Source: Nitrospirota bacterium
GTDB taxonomy: Bacteria > Nitrospirota > UBA9217
Assembly (NCBI GenBank): GCA_963740085.1
Contig: CAVUCU010000001.1
Coordinates: 960,001-1,024,000 of the forward strand
Length of the DNA: 64,000 bases
Direction: 5' to 3'
Every line of letters begins with the position of its first letter. Position 1 is the first letter of the stretch. Below the pieces are notes generated by a model. That model was not told the origin of the DNA. It worked only from the letters and a program-made list of their open reading frames with translations, and searched no databases. Shown one piece after another: positions 8,986 to 20,861 of this stretch. The position numbers and the translations under genes are program-made.

Positions 8986-10440
8986 CTACATGATCCCGAC
9001 GATCGAGGCGCGCGCGAAGTTCAGCAGGTTTGTCGGGTACACGCCGATAACGATCACGGCGGTCGCCGAGATCGCAAGCGCGAGCGCAAGGGACGGTGCG
9101 GTTGAGAGTTCGATGGGGGCCTTCGGCTCGCTCATATACATGACCATGATGACCCGGAGATAGAAGTAGGCGCTGATGGCCGAAAACAGCACGCCCACGA
9201 CGGCAAGCCAGACAAGACCGGCCTGCACGGCGGCTTTAAAAATGTAGAACTTTCCCACGAACCCGGCAAGGGGCGGAATGCCCGTAAGCGAGAACATGAA
9301 GATGAGCATGAGAAACGCCGCAGTCTTGTTGGTCTTGCCCAGACCCGCGAAGTCCGTTATTTCCTCACCCCGTTTCCCCGCCTTCCGGAGCATGATCACG
9401 ACTCCGAAAGCACCCATGTTCATGAGCGCGTAGATACAGACATACAGCATTACGCTCGCCGCGCCTTCCGGCCCTCCCGCGGCAAGGCCGACGAGGGCGT
9501 ACCCGGCATGGGCAATGGACGAATAGGCCAGCATGCGCTTGATATTCGTCTGGGACAGGGCCAGGATATTCCCCACCGCCATGGTCAGCACGGCAAGGCC
9601 GGCGAGAATCGCGGTGGAATGTCCGTGCAAAGGCTCGAGCGTGTAGAGAAAGAGGCGAAGCAGGACGGCGAAGCCGGCGACCTTGGGCCCTGCGGACATG
9701 AACGCCGTAACCGGCGTGGGGGCCCCTTCGTAAACATCCGGAACCCACATATGGAATGGCACAGCGGCAACTTTGAATCCGAAGCTCACGATCAGCATGA
9801 TCATGGCCAGAAAAAGCACGGGATTCGTGAGGTCCGCGCCGTGCAGGAACGCGAGGATCCCGGGGAGTTTTGTGGTCCCCGAAAGCCCGTACAGAAGCGA
9901 CATGCCGTACACCATGATCCCGGATGAGAAGGCGCCGAGGACCAGATACTTGATGGCCGCCTCGTTCGACCGGCTGTCCCGCCGCATAAAGCCCGCAAGG
10001 ATATAGATAGAGAGCGCCATGAGCTCCAGACCGAGATATATGGTGATGAGGTCGCCTGCCGATGCCATCATCATCATTCCGCTCGTGGCAAAGAGCATCA
10101 GGGCATAGTATTCACCTCGATGGATCTCCTCGATCTTCAGATAATTGATGGACACCAGGATGCCGAGGCCGCAGGCAACATAGAAGACGAACTTGAAGTA
10201 CGTGGAAAACGGATCGAGCAGGAATGTGCCGTCGAAGAAAGACCCGCTCATCGTCATCAACTCCGTGCTCACATACGCGGCGATGATGATGCCGACCAGG
10301 CTGAACCAGCCGAGAACGGCCTTGTGCTCCTTCTCTACAAAAAAATCGAGGACGAGCACCGAGAGCGCCACAATGATCAAGACAAGCTCGGGAAGTATCG
10401 GGAGGACGATTTGTTGAAATTGCTGATACATGCTGGGCAT
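8986..10440 (-). CDS. nuoN: NADH-quinone oxidoreductase subunit N
   Basis: EAAIKY, FKVAAVPFHMWVPDVYEGAPTP, KRMLAYSSIAHAG. Confidence 0.97.
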   Translation of the reverse strand: MPSMYQQFQQIVLPILPELVLIIVALSVLVLDFFVEKEHKAVLGWFSLVGIIIAAYVSTELMTMSGSFFDGTFLLDPFSTYFKFVFYVACGLGILVSINYLKIEEIHRGEYYALMLFATSGMMMMASAGDLITIYLGLELMALSIYILAGFMRRDSRSNEAAIKYLVLGAFSSGIMVYGMSLLYGLSGTTKLPGILAFLHGADLTNPVLFLAMIMLIVSFGFKVAAVPFHMWVPDVYEGAPTPVTAFMSAGPKVAGFAVLLRLFLYTLEPLHGHSTAILAGLAVLTMAVGNILALSQTNIKRMLAYSSIAHAGYALVGLAAGGPEGAASVMLYVCIYALMNMGAFGVVIMLRKAGKRGEEITDFAGLGKTNKTAAFLMLIFMFSLTGIPPLAGFVGKFYIFKAAVQAGLVWLAVVGVLFSAISAYFYLRVIMVMYMSEPKAPIELSTAPSLALALAISATAVIVIGVYPTNLLNFARASIVGIM

Positions 10441-10456
10441 CGGGTTCTCCTTGACC

Positions 10457-11995
10457 TTAATTTCCTATAAGCGTGCCGAGCGCCTGCGAAACCGCCGGAA
10501 CGGACTGCATTTTGGCATTCACGTGCTGGATCAGGTTCGCCACTGAAACGTGCATGACCCCGAAGGCAGCGTTCGGATAGAGGCCGATGACGAATACCAG
10601 CGCAACAAGCGGAAGCGCCGCGACCACTTCACGCGTGTTCATGTCCGCGAGGTGTTCATTGTGCGGATTGGTTATTTTCCCCAGGGCAACGCGCTGATAG
10701 AGCCAGAGCATGTACCCCGCGCCAAGGATGATGCCGAGCGAGGCGATCACGGCATAGGGCTTGTAGTGCAGGAACGCTCCGAGCAGGATCGTGAATTCGC
10801 CGATGAAGCCGTTCATGCCGGGCAGGCCGATGGAGGAAAGGGTAATGATCAGCAGGAACGTGGCATAGACCGGCACCCTTGACGCAATGCCGCCGTAGTC
10901 GGCGATCAGCCTGGTATGCGTGCGCTCATAGATCACGCCCACGGCAAGGAAGAGCGCTCCGGTCGACACGCCGTGGTTCAGCATCTGAAGAATGCCGCCT
11001 TCCATGCCCTGGAGGTTCATCGCGAAGATACCGAGCGTGACAAAACCCATATGGCTCACGCTCGAATAGGCGATCAGCTTCTTGAAATCCGTCTGGGCAA
11101 AGGCCATGTAGGCGCCATAGATGATGCCGATCACGGACAAGATCATGATCGCCGGTGTCCAGGCAATGGCCGCATCGGGGAAAAAAGGCAGCGAGAACCG
11201 AAGGAAACCATAAGCGCCCATTTTGATAAGGATCCCTGCCAGGATGATGCTGCCTGCAGTCGGCGCCTCCACGTGAGCGTCAGGCAACCAGGTGTGAACC
11301 GGGAACATCGGCACTTTGACCGCGAAAGCCGCAAAGAACGCCGCGAATGCCCAGAACTGGAAAGTCGGGGTGAACTTGTGGTCCATGATGGCAAGCACAT
11401 CAAAGGTATGGCCCGCGGCAAAATACACCGCGATGATCGCGACCAGCATAAGCACGCTTCCGACCAGGGTGTAGAGAAAGAACTTGACGGCGGCATAGAG
11501 CCGGTTTGGACCGCCCCACACGCCGATCAGGAGGTACATGGGGATCAGCATTGCTTCCCAGAACAGGTAGAAAAGGAACAGGTCGAGGGACATGAACACA
11601 CCGATGATCGCCGCCTCCAGGAACAACATCGCGATCATGAACTCCCGTACGCGGTCCTGAATGGCCGTCCACGACACCATGATGGAGATCGTGGTGAGAA
11701 GCGTGGTCAGCGCCACGAACAGAATACTGATGCCGTCGACGCCGAGCCGGTAGTTGATGTCCCATGCCGCGATCCAGGACAGGCTCTCGCCGAACTGCAT
11801 ATTCGGTGTGGAGCCGTCGAAGTTCAGGAGGAGCGGCAGACACAGAAGAAGCTCGACAATCGAGAAACCGAGCGCGATCCAGCGAACCGTGGCCGCGTTC
11901 CGGATGAACAGCAGGATGAACGAGCCGAGCACGGGGATGAAGATCATGAGGCTCAGCAGCGGATAATCGAGCTGGTGGAGATTAAGTTCGAGCAT
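10457..11995 (-). CDS. nuoM: NADH-quinone oxidoreductase subunit M
   Basis: GVDGIS, FWEAMLIPMY, HTWLPDAHVEAPT, KKLIAYSSVSHMG. Confidence 0.97.
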   Translation of the reverse strand: MLELNLHQLDYPLLSLMIFIPVLGSFILLFIRNAATVRWIALGFSIVELLLCLPLLLNFDGSTPNMQFGESLSWIAAWDINYRLGVDGISILFVALTTLLTTISIMVSWTAIQDRVREFMIAMLFLEAAIIGVFMSLDLFLFYLFWEAMLIPMYLLIGVWGGPNRLYAAVKFFLYTLVGSVLMLVAIIAVYFAAGHTFDVLAIMDHKFTPTFQFWAFAAFFAAFAVKVPMFPVHTWLPDAHVEAPTAGSIILAGILIKMGAYGFLRFSLPFFPDAAIAWTPAIMILSVIGIIYGAYMAFAQTDFKKLIAYSSVSHMGFVTLGIFAMNLQGMEGGILQMLNHGVSTGALFLAVGVIYERTHTRLIADYGGIASRVPVYATFLLIITLSSIGLPGMNGFIGEFTILLGAFLHYKPYAVIASLGIILGAGYMLWLYQRVALGKITNPHNEHLADMNTREVVAALPLVALVFVIGLYPNAAFGVMHVSVANLIQHVNAKMQSVPAVSQALGTLIGN

Positions 11996-12069
11996 GGATC
12001 AGGCTCCTTTATGCAGAGCACAGAGAGCGGAGGATCGAACCCTCCGGCCCACGCGCTTTGCGTATCATT

Positions 12070-13995
<1,926 letters not shown>

Positions 13996-14011
13996 AATAT
14001 CTCCAAAAGGA

Positions 14012-14118
14012 AGTCTATTGAGACTAGAATAGAGTTCATTGAGTTCGTTGAGTCGATGTATCCGAGGCCTTGGTTCTCACTCTATAAACTCTACAAACTC
14101 TATGAACTCTAGTAACTC
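14012..14118. repeat. 9-nt-periodic GAGT/ACTC inverted-repeat element (nuoK-nuoL gap)
   Basis: Left arm AGTCTATTGAGACTAGAATAGAGTTCATTGAGTTCGTTGAGTC; right arm ACTCTATAAACTCTACAAACTCTATGAACTCTAGTAACTC. Confidence 0.75.
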
Positions 14119-14120
14119 GC

Positions 14121-14423
14121 CTAGCCCTTCATGATCGTAAACTCATCCGCGTACACGGTCCCGCGGTTCCGCGAGATCAGGATGATGATCGCAAGCGCAA
14201 CGGCCGCCTCTGCCGCCGCCACGGTGATGACGAAGATCACGAACACCTGGCCGGTGAGCGACTGAAGGTAGTGTGAAAAAGCGACCAGGTTGATGTTCGC
14301 CGCGTTCAGCATAAGCTCGATGGACATGAGAATAATGAATATATTGCGACGGGTAAGCACGCCGACCACACCGATGGTGAACAGCGCCGCGCTCAGCATA
14401 ATATACCAGGATAAAGGGATCAT
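14121..14423 (-). CDS. nuoK: NADH-quinone oxidoreductase subunit K
   Basis: [21 protein letters not shown]; start MIPLSWY after a GGAGG RBS. Confidence 0.96.
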   Translation of the reverse strand: MIPLSWYIMLSAALFTIGVVGVLTRRNIFIILMSIELMLNAANINLVAFSHYLQSLTGQVFVIFVITVAAAEAAVALAIIILISRNRGTVYADEFTIMKG

Positions 14424-14437
14424 AAAACCTCCAAGAT

Positions 14438-14536
14438 GAGAGTCCATAGTGTTCATAGAGTCTGTAGAGTTTATAGAGTTAGACCCATGGGTTTAAATTC
14501 TATTAACTCCATGAACTCAATAGACTCGAGAGACTC
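14438..14536. repeat. 9-nt-periodic GAGT/ACTC inverted-repeat element (nuoJ-nuoK gap)
   Basis: GAGAGTCCATAGTGTTCATAGAGTCTGTAGAGTTTATAGAGTT - central ACCCATGGGT - AACTCCATGAACTCAATAGACTCGAGAGACTC. Confidence 0.75.
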
Positions 14537-15043
14537 TTAATCACTCGTTCTTTTTTTCGCCAGCATGACCGCCCCGATTAACCCGACGAGGAGGATGACG
14601 GACGCGATCTCGAACGGGATCAGATACTTCTGATAGAGTACGATACCCAGTTCCTTGACCCCTGTGCCGGCAAGCGACATGGATTGACCGGCTTCCGCCG
14701 GGAACGAGCCATGCGAGACCAACAGCATGATCTCTCCCGCGATCAGCACGCCGAACGCGATCATCCAGGGCCAGAACCGGTTCGCCCGGGCAGCGGAACT
14801 TTCCTTGTCCACATTCAACAGCATGACCACAAAAAGGTAAAGGATCAGGATGGCGCCGGCGTACACGATAAGCTGCACTGCGGCGAGGAACTCGGCATGG
14901 AGCAGCACAAAGACCCCCGCAATATGGAAGAACAGGAGCAGCATGAACATGATGCTGTGCACCGGGTTTCGGCGCGTGATGGTGAGAAGCGCCGATGCTA
15001 CGATGACAAGGGCAAAGTATATGAATATGATCTTGCTCATCAT
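14537..15043 (-). CDS. nuoJ: NADH-quinone oxidoreductase subunit J
   Basis: RNPVHS, QLIVYAGAILILYLFVVMLL, PFEIASV. Confidence 0.96.
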   Translation of the reverse strand: MMSKIIFIYFALVIVASALLTITRRNPVHSIMFMLLLFFHIAGVFVLLHAEFLAAVQLIVYAGAILILYLFVVMLLNVDKESSAARANRFWPWMIAFGVLIAGEIMLLVSHGSFPAEAGQSMSLAGTGVKELGIVLYQKYLIPFEIASVILLVGLIGAVMLAKKRTSD

Positions 15044-15510
15044 TGTTTTTTTGCCGCCTTCCTGCCCATATAGTTGTCCCCCACTTCAACAAGCCGGTCC
15101 TGCGTATAGAACGCGTCCTTCCGGGAATAACAGGCAAGCTCGAATTCAGGAGTCATCAGGATCGCGGACACGGGACACGCATCTATGCAAAATCCGCAGA
15201 ACACGCACCGGAACAGGTCGAGTTCATAGGAGGTCACGATCTTTTCGTGCTCTGGCCCCTCGGTGGTGATCACGGTTATTGCCTTGGCGGGACAGACCGC
15301 CTCGCACAAGCCGCATCCGATGCACGCGGCTTTCCCCTCCTCGTTCCGCCGCATGGCATGAAGTCCGCGCGAGCCGGGGATCGGCTTGCGCTTGAACGTC
15401 GGGTACTGCCGGGTGATCGCCGGTTTCAGCATGGTCTTGAGCGTCAAGGCCATACCCTGGGCTAGCTCGACCAGGAAGATCGTTTTAAGCAGCTTTTTTG
15501 CCTTATTCAT
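15040..15510 (-). CDS. nuoI: NADH-quinone oxidoreductase subunit I
   Basis: T.QYP, RGLH, CIGCGLCEAVCP, CVFCGFCIDACP. Confidence 0.96.
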   Translation of the reverse strand: MNKAKKLLKTIFLVELAQGMALTLKTMLKPAITRQYPTFKRKPIPGSRGLHAMRRNEEGKAACIGCGLCEAVCPAKAITVITTEGPEHEKIVTSYELDLFRCVFCGFCIDACPVSAILMTPEFELACYSRKDAFYTQDRLVEVGDNYMGRKAAKKQ

Positions 15511-15554
15511 CGTGTTAAACTCCTAACTCCGAACTCGCAAACCCTGAACTGCTT

Positions 15555-16640
15555 TTACAACCATCCCATCTGCTTCATACCCGCCGCCACCAGCAGGGTG
15601 CCGAGCGACAGGGGGAGCAGGAACTTCCACGAAAGCTTCATGAGCTGGTCATACCGGTACCGTGGGAGCGTGGCGCGAAGCCACATATAGAAGAAGATAA
15701 AGAAATACAGCTTGGCAAGCAGCCACATCGTCGGTGGAATCGCGGCCAGCAGGGTGTTTATCCAGGAGATCGGGGCGATATGGCCGAGCGTATGCGGCAG
15801 GATCTGCAACGGCAGCCACCCCCCGAGGAACATGATGCTCGCGAGCAGCGACACGACCATCATGCTTATATATTCGGCCATGAAGAACAGGGCAAACCGG
15901 ATGCCGCTGTACTCGGTGAAATATCCGGCCACAAGCTCGCTCTCCGCCTCGGGCAGGTCAAAGGGCACACGGTTCGTCTCGGCGATGCCTGCAAAAAGGT
16001 AGAGGAAGAACGCCACCGGACCAACCGGCAAGGCCGTGATGAACCACCCTTTCTCCTGGGCATTCACAATGTCCGACAGGTTCAGCGACCCGGCCATAAG
16101 CACGACGGTAATGACGGCAAAGGCCATGGGGATCTCATAGCTGATCATCTGGGCAGCCGAACGGAACCCTCCCATAAGGGAATATTTATTATTGGAAGCC
16201 CAGCCTGCCATGATCACGCCATAGGTGCCGATACTGGCAAACGCGAGGATGTAGAGCACACCGATGTTCAAATTTGAAACCAGGAGGGGTACCTCCCTGG
16301 GAAGAAGGCCGAAGATCCTTGTGGGAGGACCGAAGGGGATGACGACGATGGCGCCGAAGGCCATGGTGAGCAGGATAAGCGGTGCGATGCTGAACACCCA
16401 TTTGTCGGCCTTGGCCGGGATGATGTCCTCTTTCATCATGAACTTTAATCCGTCCGCAATAGGCTGGAGCAGCCCGTGCCAGCCGGTCCTCATCGGTCCG
16501 AGCCTCGCCTGCATGTGCGCGAGCACCTTGCGTTCCATATAGGAGAGATAGGCGGCATTCAGCATGACAAATCCCAGCAACAGGACCACCGGAATGACGA
16601 GGCCGGTGAAGACGTTCACTATCTGAGGTATTCCTGGCAT
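15555..16640 (-). CDS. nuoH: NADH-quinone oxidoreductase subunit H
   Basis: ERKVLAHMQARLGP, AETNRVPFDLPEAESELVAG, RATLPRYRYDQLM. Confidence 0.97.
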   Translation of the reverse strand: MPGIPQIVNVFTGLVIPVVLLLGFVMLNAAYLSYMERKVLAHMQARLGPMRTGWHGLLQPIADGLKFMMKEDIIPAKADKWVFSIAPLILLTMAFGAIVVIPFGPPTRIFGLLPREVPLLVSNLNIGVLYILAFASIGTYGVIMAGWASNNKYSLMGGFRSAAQMISYEIPMAFAVITVVLMAGSLNLSDIVNAQEKGWFITALPVGPVAFFLYLFAGIAETNRVPFDLPEAESELVAGYFTEYSGIRFALFFMAEYISMMVVSLLASIMFLGGWLPLQILPHTLGHIAPISWINTLLAAIPPTMWLLAKLYFFIFFYMWLRATLPRYRYDQLMKLSWKFLLPLSLGTLLVAAGMKQMGWL

Positions 16641-16649
16641 GTTGTGCTC

Positions 16650-18830
16650 CTACACTTCGATCTTGATGTGTCGTATGGTCCCTATCTCATGGGAGCGCGT
16701 GATCGAACCGCCCGAGGAGAAGAGCAGACGCTCGGCAGTGATCACTTCCTGCTTCATGATCGAATCAGACGACAGTGAAAGGTCTACGTCGGTGTTCAAC
16801 AGAGGCGACTTCTCGCGCGGCCAGCATGAGCCGATGGCGAGATCCGTATACAGGGGCACGACGGACTTGATCTCGTTCATGATATCCCGGGGAGAGGCAT
16901 ACTGCATGGACCCGCCCATACGCTTCGCGACATCCTGGATGATCTCCCAATCAGGCCGCGACTCGCCGACCGGTTCCTCCGCCTTGTCCAGCTTCTGAAG
17001 CCTGCGTTCGAGGTTGGTGAACGTCCCGGTCTTCTCCGCGCTCGCCGCCGCCGGCAGCACCACATTGGCGATCCCCGCCGTCTCGGTCATGAAGATGTCC
17101 TGCACGACCAGGAAATCCAGTTTGCGGAGCGGCTCTCTGAGATGGGCATCACTTCCCACCGGGTCATCGCCCATGATGTAAAGCGCCGCGAGTTTGCCGG
17201 GCGCAATGGCATTGATCATCTCGACGGCATTCATGCCCGGCGTTTCCGGCAGGATCGCATTCCACGCGCCCGCGAACGAGGCGGTCGTGTCGGCATCCAC
17301 GCTGCGATACCCCGGGTAATAGGCCGGATTCACTCCCATGTCGAGCGAACCCTGGAAATTGCTCCGCCGCACCAGCGGATAGTGGGTCACGTTCTTGAGC
17401 TGTCCCGAGAGCACCTTGATATTCACGAACTCCTTGTCGGTCACCCGTGCGGGTACGATGATCGCGACACTCGCAGCCGCTTTCAGAAGATCCGCGGCGG
17501 TCAACACCTCGCTCCTGCCCTTTCCCTTTCCGGAAGAGAGAGCGGAAACCAGTTCTTCGATCGCTTGTTCGGCACCCAGAGGAATTATCACCGAGGCGAG
17601 CTTGTTGAATTTATTGCTCCCGGTGTTCACCAGGATGACCTTCCGTTCCTTCTTGTTCACCGCGCGGACGATCTCGATTCCCGTGAGCGGATTGATCTCG
17701 CCTACATTGCTGTCCAGCACGAGGATGACCTCGTGCTCGCCGATCTTGTTCAATTCACCCGAAAAGAAAGCGGCATCCAGCCCCTTCGGGACCTTGAGCC
17801 TCGCGAGCATATCGACATTGTTCGTCCCGACCACGGTGCGCATGAACTTCTGGAAAAGGTAGCTCTCCTCATTCGTGGTCCGGACCGATCCGAGTCCGCC
17901 GATGCTCTCGGGCCCGCGTTTGTTCTTGATCACCTTGAGATTGGTGGCGATGACCGAAAGCGCCTCGTCCCAGGTGCAGTCCACCAGCTCGCCGCCTACC
18001 CGCATTTTCGGGGTCGTGATCCGCTCGCTGCTGTGAACAGCGTCCCAGCCGAAACGACCCTTGGCGCACAGGTAGTTCTCCCGTGCAGGGCCCACGCGCA
18101 TGATCTTTCCGTCGCGCGTTTCATAGGTGATGCCGCAGCCGCAGCCGCAGTAATTGCAAACCGACTTCGTCCCCTCAAGGTTCCAGGAGCGCGCTTTAAA
18201 CTTGAACTGGCGTGTCGTGAGCGCCCCCACGGGGCAGATCTCGGTGCATTCGCCGCAGAACTCGCAGTCCAGCGGCCGGTCAAAGTCGGTGCTGATGCGC
18301 GCCCTCGTACCGCGTCTGGTGAAGGCCCACTCTCCCACACCATTCTGCTCATCGCAGATCCTGACGCATTTTCCGCAAAGGATGCAGCGGCTGATGTTCC
18401 GCTCGACGATCGGGCTTTCGTAATCCGGCGGCAGGTAGCCCTTTTCAGCATCGAACCGGCCCGCATCGAGTCCGTACTCGTGTGTGAGGTCCTGGAGCTG
18501 GCATTCGCCCGCCTTGTCGCAAACCGGACAGTCCAGGGGATGCTTGATGAGCAGGAGTTCGAGCACCATCCGTCTCGCCTCGATCAGCGCGGGGCTCGTT
18601 GTCCTGACAACCATGTTGTCCATCGCCGGCGTGGTGCACGACGGCGTGAACTTGCGCGGCGTTCCCTCCACTTCAACAAGACAGATCCGGCATGCGCCGA
18701 ACGGATGGAGCTTGTTGTCATGGCACAGGGTCGGGACCCTCGATCCGGCCGCGTTCGCGGCATCAAGGATCGTGGACCCTACCGGCACCTCGACCTTCTT
18801 TCCATCAACTGTTACCGTCATTTTCGACAT
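16650..18830 (-). CDS. nuoG: NuoG-type subunit (FdhF/HydA-like FeS arm plus molybdopterin-fold domain)
   Basis: [2Fe-2S] (CH..GACRIC..SC), HPLDCPVC..EC, 2x[4Fe-4S] (CILCGKCVRIC; CEFCGECTEICP), CNYCGCGC..LC; position between nuoF and nuoH. Confidence 0.9.
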   Translation of the reverse strand: MSKMTVTVDGKKVEVPVGSTILDAANAAGSRVPTLCHDNKLHPFGACRICLVEVEGTPRKFTPSCTTPAMDNMVVRTTSPALIEARRMVLELLLIKHPLDCPVCDKAGECQLQDLTHEYGLDAGRFDAEKGYLPPDYESPIVERNISRCILCGKCVRICDEQNGVGEWAFTRRGTRARISTDFDRPLDCEFCGECTEICPVGALTTRQFKFKARSWNLEGTKSVCNYCGCGCGITYETRDGKIMRVGPARENYLCAKGRFGWDAVHSSERITTPKMRVGGELVDCTWDEALSVIATNLKVIKNKRGPESIGGLGSVRTTNEESYLFQKFMRTVVGTNNVDMLARLKVPKGLDAAFFSGELNKIGEHEVILVLDSNVGEINPLTGIEIVRAVNKKERKVILVNTGSNKFNKLASVIIPLGAEQAIEELVSALSSGKGKGRSEVLTAADLLKAAASVAIIVPARVTDKEFVNIKVLSGQLKNVTHYPLVRRSNFQGSLDMGVNPAYYPGYRSVDADTTASFAGAWNAILPETPGMNAVEMINAIAPGKLAALYIMGDDPVGSDAHLREPLRKLDFLVVQDIFMTETAGIANVVLPAAASAEKTGTFTNLERRLQKLDKAEEPVGESRPDWEIIQDVAKRMGGSMQYASPRDIMNEIKSVVPLYTDLAIGSCWPREKSPLLNTDVDLSLSSDSIMKQEVITAERLLFSSGGSITRSHEIGTIRHIKIEV

Positions 18831-18852
18831 AGTTTTTACCTTAAACCTTTTT

Positions 18853-18924
18853 TACCACAGAGATCGAAGAGATTTGAACCCTGGTTTCGAATCTTTCGTT
18901 GTTTTTCTCTGTGTCCTCTGTGGT
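18853..18924. repeat. CACAGAG-family inverted repeat (nuoF-nuoG gap)
   Basis: ACCACAGAGATCGAAGAG ... CTCTGTGTCCTCTGTGGT. Confidence 0.65.
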
Positions 18925-18937
18925 GAAGATTTTACCC

Positions 18938-20731
18938 TTAATCTATGGACCAGAACCTGCAGGCCTTGATGCACGATTTGCACTTCGTGCACTTTTCCGG
19001 ATCGATATAAGCGACCTGGCCCTTTTCCCACTTGAGCGCCCCGGTCGGACAGGCCTTGAAGCACTGCCCGCACTTCTTGCATCTATCCTTGTCCACCACG
19101 AACTTGACGAGTGGCGTGCAGACCCTGGCCGGGCAGCGGTGCTCCTTGATGTGCGCCTCGTACTCATCGCGGAAATACTTGATCGTGGTAAGCACCGGGT
19201 TGGGCGAGGTCTGTCCCAGCCCGCAGAGCGAGGTGTCCTTGATCTGCTGGGAAAGGGCGAGCAGCAGCTCGATATCGCCTTCGCGGCCTTCGCCGTTCGT
19301 GATCCGGGTGAGGATCGAAAGAAGCGTTTTGTTGCCGATGCGGCAGGGCACGCACTTGCCGCAGGACTCGTCCTCGGTGAACTCGAGGAAGAACTTTGCC
19401 ATGGCCGGCATGCACGTGGTCTCGTCCATCACCACCATGCCGCCTGACCCCATGATCGCGCCCGTCTTGTTGATGTTCTCGAAATCAACCGGGGTGTCGA
19501 TGAGCGTGTGGGGGATGCACCCGCCCGAAGGGCCGCCCATCTGCACGGCCTTGAACTTCCGATTGTTCTTGATACCGCCGCCGATATCGAAGATCACGGT
19601 CTTGAGCGGGATGCCCATCGGCACCTCGACGAGGCCAATGTTGTTCAGCGCGCCCGAGAGCGCGAACACCTTCGTTCCCTTGCTCTTTTCGGTCCCCAGG
19701 CTCGAGAACCAGTCCGCGCCGTTCAGGATGATCGGCGGGACATTGGCAAAGGTCTCGACGTTGTTCAGCACCGACGGCCGCATCCACAGGCCCTTGACCG
19801 CGGGGAACGGCGGCTTGGCCCGCGGCATGCCGCGCTTGCCCTCAATGGACGCCATCAGCGCCGTCTCTTCACCGCACACGAAGGCGCCGGCTCCCTGATA
19901 GATCTCGATATCGAGGTCGAACCCCGTGCCGAGGATGTCGTTTCCAAGCAGACCCCGTTCCTTGGCCTGATCGATGGCTATCTGGAGACGGTGCACCGCG
20001 AGCGGATACTCGGCTCTCACATAGATATAGCCGTAGTGGGCATTGATGCCCTTGGCGGCAATGATCATGCCCTCGAGCACCGAGTGCGGATCCGCCTCCA
20101 TGACGCTGCGGTCCATGAACGCGCCGGGGTCGCCTTCGTCGCCGTTGCACAGTATGTACTTGATGTCGCCGGTGACCCGCGCGCAAAGCTCCCATTTCAG
20201 ACCGGTCAGGAACCCTGCGCCGCCGCGTCCGCGCAGCCCCGAACGCTTCACCTCCGCCACGACCTGCTCGGGCGTCATTTCCGTGAGCGCCTTGGCCGCG
20301 GCCATATAACCATCGCGGGCAATATACTCCTCTATCTTCTCCGCATCGATGAGACTCCGGTTCCGAAGAGCCCGCAATACCTGGTGCTTGAAGAACGGAA
20401 TATCGTTCATCACGGGAATCGTGTTCTTCGCCGCAGGCGGCGTATAGAGGAACTTCTGGACCGGTCTCCCTTTGATAAAGTGTTCTTCCACGAGGTACGG
20501 CACATCTCCCGGTTTTACCACCTGGTAGAAGATGTCCTCCGGGTAGACGACCATCACCGGGCCCTTGGCGCAGAACCCGTTGCACCCTGTCAGAACGATC
20601 TTGACCTCGTTCTGAAGGTTGCGCTTGAGAAGCTCGGCCTCGAGCGCGTCCTTCACCTTGAGCGATCCGTTTGCCACGCAGCCCGTGCCTGCGCAGATCA
20701 TTATGTTAGAACGGTATGTCGTCGTTTCCAC
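18938..20731 (-). CDS. nuoF: NuoF / HydB(BfuB)-type FMN-NADH subunit
   Basis: N-terminal CAGTGC..GCNGFC, GLRGRGGAGF, NGDEGDPGAFMD, GGPSGGC, ESCGKCVPCR, C-terminal 2x[4Fe-4S]. Confidence 0.93.
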   Translation of the reverse strand: METTTYRSNIMICAGTGCVANGSLKVKDALEAELLKRNLQNEVKIVLTGCNGFCAKGPVMVVYPEDIFYQVVKPGDVPYLVEEHFIKGRPVQKFLYTPPAAKNTIPVMNDIPFFKHQVLRALRNRSLIDAEKIEEYIARDGYMAAAKALTEMTPEQVVAEVKRSGLRGRGGAGFLTGLKWELCARVTGDIKYILCNGDEGDPGAFMDRSVMEADPHSVLEGMIIAAKGINAHYGYIYVRAEYPLAVHRLQIAIDQAKERGLLGNDILGTGFDLDIEIYQGAGAFVCGEETALMASIEGKRGMPRAKPPFPAVKGLWMRPSVLNNVETFANVPPIILNGADWFSSLGTEKSKGTKVFALSGALNNIGLVEVPMGIPLKTVIFDIGGGIKNNRKFKAVQMGGPSGGCIPHTLIDTPVDFENINKTGAIMGSGGMVVMDETTCMPAMAKFFLEFTEDESCGKCVPCRIGNKTLLSILTRITNGEGREGDIELLLALSQQIKDTSLCGLGQTSPNPVLTTIKYFRDEYEAHIKEHRCPARVCTPLVKFVVDKDRCKKCGQCFKACPTGALKWEKGQVAYIDPEKCTKCKSCIKACRFWSID

Positions 20732-20749
20732 GATAATTACTCCGTATTT

Positions 20750-20855
20750 ATATTGAAGATTGTATATTGAAAATTGGAAATTTTAAATTTGAGTGTGAGT
20801 TGCTTTTTGCTTCTCACAATTTTTAATTTCCAATTTCCAATCTTCAATTTCCAAT
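20750..20855. repeat. 7-nt-periodic AT-rich inverted-repeat element
   Basis: ATTGAAG ATTGTAT ATTGAAA ATTGGAA ... CAATTTT TAATTTC CAATTTC CAATCTT CAATTTC CAAT. Confidence 0.7.
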
Positions 20856-20861
20856 GCGCCG

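Noticed and set aside
14012-14536. CRISPR array
   Set aside because: Units are 9-nt degenerate and arranged as inverted arms; no constant 25-40-bp repeats with unique spacers and no cas genes
17780-17830. Selenocysteine codon in the FDH-like NuoG
   Set aside because: The equivalent codon is AAG (Lys); there is no in-frame TGA
17142-20770. 594-aa and 420-aa plus-strand ORFs
   Set aside because: Antisense shadows of nuoG and nuoF; the same applies to 2889-4118, 10916-12085, 22059-23228, 30383-31612 and 48689-49771
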